This document shows, piece by piece, positions 55,440 to 64,000 of a DNA stretch of 64,000 nucleotides. The stretch covers positions 1,240,001-1,304,000 of the forward strand of contig NC_043001.1 in the NCBI RefSeq assembly GCF_006345805.1. Direction: 5' to 3'. Position 1 is the first letter of the stretch, and each line of letters begins with the position of its first letter. Below the pieces are notes generated by a model. It had not been told where the DNA came from. It ran no database searches and saw only the letters and a list, made by a program, of their open reading frames with translations. This DNA is from Octopus sinensis (taxonomy: Eukaryota). The translations under genes were made by a program, and so were the position numbers.

Positions 55440-55893
55440 GATATATATGTACGACCATCTCTTGTACCTCCACCTTAGATCCATTATGGAGTCTGATGTG
55501 GATTCTTAAACCAGACAATGTTTTGAAAAGACACCCACATAGATTGCACATCTGATTTGGATCACCAAAAGCTGCAGTTAAGTTCTGATCTTTGTGGATC
55601 TTAAAATGTCTTTTGAGGCATTCTGTTAGATTTGCAGACCTTATGGCATACACGACATTGAAAAGTGTGCACAGACATATAGACAGAATAATTGACGGAG
55701 GCTCGTTTTTTACATGGGTCCTCAAATGACATTTGAGCTCAGCAAAAGAAAGGCATGGTCTGTCACAAACTGTGCACACAAAAAGGTCATTGAGATTCAC
55801 CATCTCGATTGCTAGATCCTTCTTTAAATGTTTCTTGAGACTTGCACGAGTTATCCTGGCCTCCTCAAATGCTTTCACTCCACTCCACACTCT
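55440..55893 (-). mobile_element. 3' end of an RTE/BovB-like ORF2 with three C2H2 zinc fingers
   Basis: VWSGVKAFEEARITRASLKKHLKK then CTVC..CLSFAELKCHLRTH, a second finger split by compensating frameshifts (CRVCHKVCKSN/..LKRHFKIH) and CNLC..FKTLSGLRIHIRLH. Confidence 0.75.
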
Positions 55894-56023
55894 GAAATGG
55901 ATGTGCAATCTCTTGTATTGGCATTTGACACAGATTGTAAGGATTTTGGCTCAACCATCAACTTGAAAAATGCAGTTGTATTGTTTAAACCTGCATGGAG
56001 CGCTGTTTGCAACTCCCCTAAAG

Positions 56024-56030
<7 letters not shown>
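55885..56030 (+). mobile_element. Inverted RT segment of the same RTE (5' inversion)
   Basis: HSEMDVQSLVLAFDTDCKDFGSTINLKNAVVLFKPAWSAVCNSPKVY matches RTE RT subdomain 6 (HSE..LQ.L...F...C..FGLTI..KKT.V..QP). Confidence 0.75.
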
Positions 56031-56054
<24 letters not shown>

Positions 56055-56429
56055 TCCAGTCAGAAATTAATTACCACCCTTGATTTGCTCTTCACTCAAG
56101 GTATTTGCTGTCACCTAGTGGCCATATCTCGAACTATTGCTTTGTTGCGAGTTCACTGTTGCACAGAACAATGACTTAACTTTGTTTGCAGAGCGGTTTG
56201 AGAGTCTACAGCCTAATGATGTTGACATAGCAGTGCAACAACAACTTGGAGTGCGGATGCAGACAAATCTTCCTTTGTTTAATAGATATAGGTAGCGCCT
56301 CGCAAGGACCGAAATCACACCGTACTAAGTTTTCTCATCGCATAAGACGTTTTGAACAGCTCGTAGGTTAATTGATTTGTGTATTTGCAAGATTTTTTTT
56401 CCTCACAAATTCTCCTACACTCTGCTTGG

Positions 56430-56444
56430 TGACGTCACTTCCGG
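56430..56444 (+). promoter_or_regulatory. Overlapping CRE (TGACGTCA) and ETS (CACTTCCGG) motif upstream of the Tc1 transposase
   Basis: tgacgtcacttccgg, about 30 nt upstream of a splice donor in the element's 5' leader. Confidence 0.45.
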
Positions 56445-56474
56445 TTCACAAAACTTTGTTATACATCAAATAAG

Positions 56475-56601
56475 GTGAGAAATTCTGCTTTCTTTCTTTT
56501 TTGTTTAATGAATAATAACTCATAGCAGTTTTGTTATAGCATAACATTATTCAAATGAATAGTTTTAATGAAAATAACTGGTTTTTATCGTTCATTCCTA
56601 G
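56475..56601 (+). other. Putative 127-nt 5'UTR intron of the Tc1 transposase
   Basis: AAG|gtgaga donor; tttttatcgttcattcctag|ATG acceptor directly abutting the start codon. Confidence 0.55.
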
Positions 56602-57599
56602 ATGGGCCCAAGACCTCGCATGACCTTGGAGAGACGGTACGAGGCTCTCTCGTGGCGTGGGAAGCTGTCGGAGGCTGCAATTGCCAGAAAACTTGGTGTA
56701 GCCAGGTGCACAATTCAGTGCTTATTTAAGAAATACGAGGAAACCGGATCAGCAGCTGACAAAAAGGGTAGGGGACGGAAGAGGCTGACGACCCAGCGGG
56801 AGGACCGGATGCTGATCCGAAAGTCACTGTACAACAGAAGGGCAACGAGCCGGCAACAGGCAGAGGAGATGCAAAAGATGATAGGGAAGTAGTTGCCTAC
56901 AACCACCGTCAAGACCAGATTACTGGAAGCTGGTCTAAAATCCTGTAGGGCCACCTGTAAGCCGCTCCTTACAGCCCAAAACCGGAAGAGGCAGTTGCTC
57001 TGGGCCCGTGCCCACAAGACATGGACCGTGCAGCAGTGGCGGACAGTGATGTTCACTGACGAGTCGCGATTCAGTCTCGTCAGTGACAAGCCTGTCCATG
57101 TGCGACGCCGCAGGGGTGAGCGCTTCAACAAAGACTGCATTGCTCCCACCATGAAGCATGGTGGGGGTGGTCTGATGGTGTGAGGGGCGTTCAGCTACAG
57201 TGGTGTTGGGCGGCTCTATGCCATCGAAGGCAACATCAACGCAGCAAAGTACGTTGAGATAGTACGGGATACCTCTTTGGTGGCGAGGAGTACGTGCTCC
57301 AGCAGGACAACGCGCCTTCCCACACAGCCAAGCTCACAACCGGTTTTTTCAAGGACTATGGGGTGACGGTCATGGACTGGCCTGGCCAGTCACCTGACCT
57401 GAACCCTATTGAGAACCTCTGGAGTCGATTGGGTAGGGATTTGAATGTGCAGCAATACAGGAACCGACACGAGCTGTTTGGGGCACTTCTTGCTGCATGG
57501 AGGGCCATCCCTGCACAGTACCTGCAGGCACACATAGACAGCATGCCGACCCGCATAGCAGCTGTCATTGCTGCCAAAGGAGGAGCAACAAGATATTGA
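56602..57599 (+). pseudogene. Tc1 DD34E transposase, inactivated
   Basis: HTH N-terminus with GRGRKR, WRTVMFTDESRF, KHGGGGLMV*GAFS, QQDNAPSH-x-SPDLNPIENLW (34 residues between D and E); stops at 56890 and 57181, deletion/frameshift about 57270. Confidence 0.93.
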
Positions 57600-57756
57600 C
57601 TAAATTTCACGATTAATAACAATTATGTGGTGTGCTGGGTATGTTTTAATAAATTTTTGATTAAAAATGAGTTCGTTTCTGATAATAAGTTAATTAAATT
57701 AAGAAAATATAAGAAAATGTAGAAATTTGAGAAGTGCTAATTAATTTCCGACGCAA

Positions 57757-57805
<49 letters not shown>

Positions 57806-57926
57806 TATATACATATATACATATATACATATACATATATATATACATATATATATACATATATACATATATACATATACATATATATATACATATATAT
57901 ATACATATATATACATATATATATAC

Positions 57927-57978
<52 letters not shown>

Positions 57979-57981
<3 letters not shown>

Positions 57982-58312
57982 AAGAGAGCCCTCTTCGGTC
58001 ATGGATGATCATGGGATTGCACCTAGAAAGTTACCCTCCGAGGTACAAGTCCAGGCAATGTTGTTTACAGAAGGCCAGCAGTCGCCCATGCATACCAGCC
58101 TCCCCCTCTCCATGCCACTGATGTTATCCTAAGGAAAGGCAAAGGGGCCGATACAGCTTGGCATCAGTGATATCCCAACTTATTTCTACAGCTGAGTGAA
58201 ATGGAGCAGCGTGAAAAAAAAGTGTCTTGTTGAAGAACACAACATGTAGCCCAGTCCAGGAATCAAACTTACAACCTCATGATTGACCTAAACACTGAGC
58301 CATGCGCCTTCA
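57979..58312 (-). mobile_element. tRNA-derived SINE
   Basis: Minus-strand head gtgaaggcgcatggctcagtg ... gtttgattcctgga, body caagacac...cactcagctgtagaaat. Confidence 0.75.
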
Positions 58313-58354
58313 CTATATATATACACATATGCATACATTCATACATATATATAT

Positions 58355-59440
58355 CATCATCATCGTTTAACGTCCGCTTTCCATGGTTGGAAGGTTTGAC
58401 TGAGGGCTGGTGAGCCAGAAGGCTGTACCAGGCTTGAATCTGATCTGGCAAAATTTCTACAGCTGGATGCCCTTCCTAACAACAACCACTCCAAGAGTGT
58501 AGTGGATGCTTATGTGCCACCGGTACGAGAACCAGTCAGGCAGTACTGGCATTGACCATGTTCAAATAGTGCTTTCTGCATGCCACCGGCACAGAACCAG
58601 TCTAGCAGCACTGGCATCGACCACATTCAAATGCTGCTTCTTACGTGCTACCGGCATGGGTGCCAATCAGGTGGTACCATTAGCCATGACAATGACTTTG
58701 CCTGCCTCAACATGTCTTTGTAAGCATGGTTTATAGCCCAATGATTGAAGGGTACTTTTAAATCAGCTGGTTATACTGCACTGGCATAGGTCATGGTTAG
58801 AGTCTCACTTGGCTTGCCGGGTCTTTGCAAACAGCATATTTCCAAAGGTCTCGGTCACTAGTCATTGCCTCGGTGAAGCTTAATGTTCGAAGGTCATGCT
58901 TCACCACCTCATCCAAGGTCTTCCTGGGTCTACCTCTTTCACAGGTTCCCTCTACTGTTAGGGTGTGACACTTTTTCACAGAGTTGTCCTCATCCATGCA
59001 TAACACATGACCATACGAGTGCAGTCGTCTCTCTTGCACACAACATCTGATGCTTCTTACGTCCATCTTTTCTCTCTGTTGTGTGTGCACACTGACATTA
59101 CACATCCAGTGGAGCATACTAGCTTCATTCCTTGCAAGCTTTAGCATGTCCTCAGCAGTCACGGCCCATGTTTCACTGCCATGTAGCATGGCAGTTCACA
59201 CACGTGTTATACAGTCTACCTTTCCCTCTCAACGAGAGGCCCTTTGCCACCAGCGGAGGTATGAGCTCTCTCAACTTTGCCCTGGCTATTCTTATTCTAG
59301 CAGCTACACTCTCAGAGCAACCACCCCCACTACAGATTTGGTCATCTAGGTAACAGAAGCTATCAATCACTTGTAGTTTTTTTCCCCTGGAATGTGACGA
59401 AGGCTGTTTTCTGCACATTTTTAGTGTTTATTGCTCCTGA
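58355..59440 (-). mobile_element. Older RTE-LINE 3' fragment, same family as 47173
   Basis: LQVIDSFCYLDDQI.SGGGCSESV.ARIRIA, MLHGSETWAVTAEDM..LARNEASML.WMCNV, GRPRKT.DEVVKHDLRTL, RTE tail. Confidence 0.85.
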
Positions 59441-59684
59441 GCATTTGCCAACACACCCACATACATTTATATCCATGCATAAGTTGCACACACATGCAGC
59501 ACTAGCAATTGCATTGCAGGAGAGCCATTCCAGCCATTTAATCACACAAAGCTGCTAATTTTACTTTAAATTGAGTCTGAAAGGGAATTCATCAGTTGTG
59601 TGTTAAGAAATGGCTTTTCTACAAAGTCATGGTTTTAAGTCTCAGTCCCAGATCAAGTCCCTTGCCTCTCGAGTAAAACCCTGG

Positions 59685-59717
<33 letters not shown>

Positions 59718-59936
59718 TTATACAGCTTGTAATCTATTTTCATCATTATCTCTTAATTGATACATGTTTCCATTGAATCAGTGACCACTCATAAATACTT
59801 TATTTCATAAACCCCACATCTCAGCCAGGTTAATCCAGCAACGGGATTAAGGAAGATAAGGAAACTCCCTGAACGATAACTGCAATCACAGCACTACAAG
59901 AAATACATGCATATATACGTACATATATATACATAC

Positions 59937-59968
<32 letters not shown>

Positions 59969-60372
59969 GGGGAGAGAGAGAGGGGGGAGATTTTATAGTT
60001 TGGAGAAGACAGAAAAACACATAACTTCAAGAAATTTTGATGTTTGAGAATAGCAGAATGAAAAATCAAATTCATGAACAACAGATATTAAGATGGAATA
60101 ACCTCTGACATTTAATATATTGCAAAAGAAAAAATAGAGGGAGAGAGAGAGAGAGAGTGGATGAAATTTGAAGTTATATTAAAAGCACATATATCAAACA
60201 TCAGTCGTACTTTGAAATCTATATTTCAAGCTGTAGAGTTAATATGCTGAATATATTTACTGAAACATCACGTGTTAATGGTGCTTTTCTTATTCAACTT
60301 GCTTCTGAAAATGCAAGCCACTTTCATTTACTACATCTGTAGCAACCTTAACAACAGAATCTAATACTACAT

Positions 60373-60406
<34 letters not shown>

Positions 60407-62199
60407 GTACACACACATGTACACACACAGATACCATCATTCATCATCATCATAATCATCACCATCTTGTGTCCACATCTCATGCTAACACGGATTAGAC
60501 ACTTTGAAAGGATCCAACAGATCAGAGCTGCAATATCTATTTTGGTCTGGTTTTGGTGGCTGGAAACCCTTCCTTGCATCACCCACCTCACACACTGGGT
60601 GTTTCTCTTTAGTGTCACTGGCACTGTTGAGGTTACCAAGTACCTCGCAAGACATTTAATATATTGCAAAATGAAAATAAATGATTGAAGGGCTGCAGTG
60701 TTGAGGTGGGTGGGTTATACTAGCTTTTGAGAGGCAACAGTGAACCCCCAACTAGAAAAGGAGAGAAGAAGATGGTTGTGATGAGGGGGCCTGGTACATA
60801 AGGAGGATAGGGACAAAGGAATGAGTGACGGGAAGAAGGAGGAAGGAGTAGATAAGTCCATGAGAATGTGAGGTGAGTGAGAGATTGTTAGAAGTAGCAA
60901 ACAGGGATACAGGTAATACAGTGAATGGGAAACAGGTGAGAGAGCATAGCCAAAGGTGAATATCAGTTTAGGGGCAGGTGAAAGAAAAAGGAGTGAATCA
61001 GAGAGAAAGGGCTGGTAAGTGACAGGACAAAAATGTGGGGGTTGCATTGTAATAAAACTCAAAAAAGCTGGCAATAAGAAGATGATGAAAAGTATGGTAA
61101 GGAGAGAATGAGGGTTGCTCAGTGTCAAGGGTGAAGATCAGGAGTTTATAGGAGTGGATGAAGTGGGGGAAGGGATTCGTTGGCCAATATGACATAGAGA
61201 AAGTGCAGTAGTTAGGTGAGTGATGAAGGAATGGGTTTTGGGAAGACGAGTTGTAGGGAAAGTTTGAATGCAAGAGAATTGGTAAAAATGATAAGCATTC
61301 AAGACATCATTTTTGCCAGGGTGTACACGAGTGAACAAATCTTCTCAAGTACAGCAAATCATCAGTTGTCTCAGTCTTTTGTCATCTTTTCCATGAAGCA
61401 CAACATCTCCAGGTCAGTCTTCAGTACTTTGTCCCAGGTCTTATAAATGGCATCCATCCATCCATTTATCTATCTATCTATCTATCTATCTATATATATA
61501 TATAAATGCTAATATCTATCTGTCTCTCTATCTATCCATCTATCTTTCTACATCCCATATCTATATATGCTATATAACATATACGTATATGCCACTGCTT
61601 GCCATACCGTTCAAAACCTGTGCAAACATACAAGTCCAGTGATTAGTGCTGGAAAACATAGAACAAGGACTGATGGAAAATTTCTCTTCCAATAAATTAT
61701 CTTTTGGTACTTTGACTGTCAATTACATTTTATTTTACAAACACACATGCATATAGCTCAGGGAAAATGCTATTTCTTCTAAATGTAGCAAAGTCACAAA
61801 ATATTTCACTGTCTGAAGAATTGCAGGATGAAACTGACAGCCATTATGATGTATCAATCTTTCCAATTTCCAAAACACACACACACACGCACACACACAC
61901 ACAGAGGCACATATATTATGGAATATCCTGTTGAGTATTTAGTTTTTGTTGACTGAACTGCACAAATGATTTGTTTATGGGGACCAAATGTTCCTGCTGC
62001 ACATTAGCTCCTCACTCCATCCATCAAATTGATGTTTACCCCGAACAGGTGCACGGTGTGCCAAATGTCAGGTGTTGAAGTGATTGCAGAATAACGTGAG
62101 ATGAAGTGTTTTGCTCAAGAACGCAATGTACCACCCAGTTCAGGAATTGGAACCATGATCACTAGATCATGAGTGCAACACCATAACCTCTAGGCCATG

Positions 62200-62256
<57 letters not shown>

Positions 62257-62569
62257 CTCATATTGTTCTTTCTGACTCATTTTGTTGCAACCCAGAGGCT
62301 TTGGTCTGTGTGACCCTTCAGGCAATAAAAATATCCTATTTTTCCCTTAAAAGACCATTTATAATAATTGTGCGATTTATCAGCAACAAATCACTAAACA
62401 AACTCATCTACAAGCCCTGAGTAACTTTCTTCCCTCTGTCTAGCATCTTTGGTTGGTACCTTCTACATTAGCCACGAGTTGATATGAATAAGTTAAACCC
62501 ATTAAAAGTTTTGCTTTTACTTTCCATATTCATTTCCATTTTACCTTTCACTCACTTATTTTAATTTTT

Positions 62570-62790
62570 CTTAATCTTTCCTCAAAACTCATTACATGAC
62601 TCACCCAAGTCATCCCATTTCTCTTTGCAGCATCCATCAATGATCTTACACCTATCATCACCTGTAATTTGTCATTGTTTTCCTCCTTCCTGCTGATTGT
62701 CTGCTCATCTATTCTACCATCCACATTTCCATTTTTTGTGGACCTCTCACCTGTTCTGCACCTGTTACCATATTTCCTTCCCATAAATCA
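62570..62790 (-). mobile_element. Ancient RTE post-RT fragment
   Basis: RKEENNDKLQVMIGVRSLMDAAKRNGMTWVSHVM resembles the TNEEV...L...IK.R.M.W.GHVM pattern. Confidence 0.45.
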
Positions 62791-64000
62791 TAGCACTTCT
62801 CATTCATGCAGCATAAACATTTCCCTTCAGTAACCAAGTTAGATTATTCTTTAAAAAAATACCAAAAGGTTTGGATGGTCACAATCGGAATGCTTATGGT
62901 CATAGATCTACTCGACCAGGTTTAACCTTGGGCTAAACAACAACAGTTCAGTATTAAGATAACTCCAAGACAAGAATAAGTCTTTATTTGATAAATACAC
63001 CTGTTATAGGATAAAGGCAGTTCTAGAGTGAACCACTCTGAGGGAATGAGAAACCATTATTATACTTTAATTCTGACTAGAAGCTACAACAGAATCGATA
63101 TTAACAAGCTGTGCCAAAAACACATCACTATTCTTAGGAGAGAAAAGACAAGCTATGGTAAGAGATTTTGTTTTGGAAAACAATTCCAGTATCTTGCAAC
63201 ACTGTCCATCCTAACACCTGGTTAAAATCAAAGCATAAGAGAATTAAAATCAATAATACTAAAAAAAAAAAAACAAATAGATAAAATAAAACTCGCGAAC
63301 ACATTTGTTATTTAATATTGTCTAAATTAATTCCAAAAAATAACATTCTTTCTCATCATCAAACAGATATTTTTCAACATTGCTTTCGTAATTTTTGCGT
63401 CACAGTTAATTTTGGGTGAAAAGAATTTCCCGAAGAAAGACTTCAAATAAAACTATCACAAACATACAAACAAAAAGAATTAAATTCTGTTTTAGATTAT
63501 TGATAAACCTATTAATCTGGGGCCTTGTGCAACAGATTTATTGGTTGAATCAGGGTGGGAAAATGGTTTGATGAAATTATATTAGACTCATGCATTTCTC
63601 AAGAACAGTCATCATCCTTATTTATTCCCATTTGAGCCTTAGATAAAGAGAATGTATAAGAGCAAAAATTTCCCAAACCATTTTGTCTTTCCATATTTTT
63701 AGACTGAAGTGTGTGATTAAACAAAGATTAGGCTGTTATTTCTAGAAAGCTTCAGGACTACTTAGAACTTCTATAGCAAATTTTAATAAAATAAAAGTGT
63801 AATATCTAAGAATCAGCACCGTGTGACGACCTCAGCTACATTAGAAAGTTAACCTCAGGGAAAGGATCACTCGGCTATATTAAATGTTTGTAGTAAAATC
63901 TTGGAGAAAGAAAGCAAACAACTTCAGTTTAGCCCTGAGCCAAACTTCATTCAGCAGACATTAGATCAATGAGATTCCAGCCATGACCATTGCATCTATT

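Larger units (their letters stand above)
56052..57759 (+). mobile_element. Tc1-family DNA transposon, full length (1708 bp), imperfect TIRs, TA-flanked
   Basis: Left TA-cattccagtcagaaattaattaccac; right end reverse complement TA-cacttgcgtcggaaattaattagcac; internal DD34E transposase. Confidence 0.92.

Noticed and set aside
55288-55908. Host C2H2 zinc-finger transcription factor gene
   Set aside because: No TGEKP linkers, the N-terminal part matches an RTE ORF2 tail, it abuts an inverted RT fragment, and finger 2 is frameshifted
60700-61370. Purine-rich region as an ancient L2 RT fragment on the minus strand
   Set aside because: Only faint resemblance (NYCTFS, EQPSFSPYHT); compositional bias could explain it

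Overview
AT-rich, microsatellite-laden animal genomic DNA. The (TA)n/(CA)n/(TAGA)n arrays, tRNA-headed SINEs and RTE LINE tails ending in (ATG)n fit a cephalopod (Octopus-like) genome; this assignment is an inference. I found no convincing host protein-coding gene, so the window looks intergenic or deep-intronic and is mostly transposable elements. These are: two near-identical 5'-truncated RTE LINEs whose RT carries an embedded C4HC3 PHD-type finger; several R4/Dong-like RLE non-LTR fragments; a CR1/L2-group LINE; a 5'-inverted RTE/BovB-like fragment with three C-terminal C2H2 fingers; a GC-rich DD34E Tc1 with a putative 5'UTR intron; a mariner 5' end; a MITE; and many SINEs. The most distinctive signal is a set of Penelope-like element (PLE) remnants: GIY-YIG endonuclease relics, one intact minimal hammerhead ribozyme at 25941-25988, several decayed ones, and a small TSD-flanked fold-back element carrying two inverted hammerheads. 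Nearly all long ORFs in the supplied track are microsatellite artefacts. All assignments come from reading motifs by eye; no searches or alignments were run, and element boundaries are approximate unless a TSD or TIR is cited.
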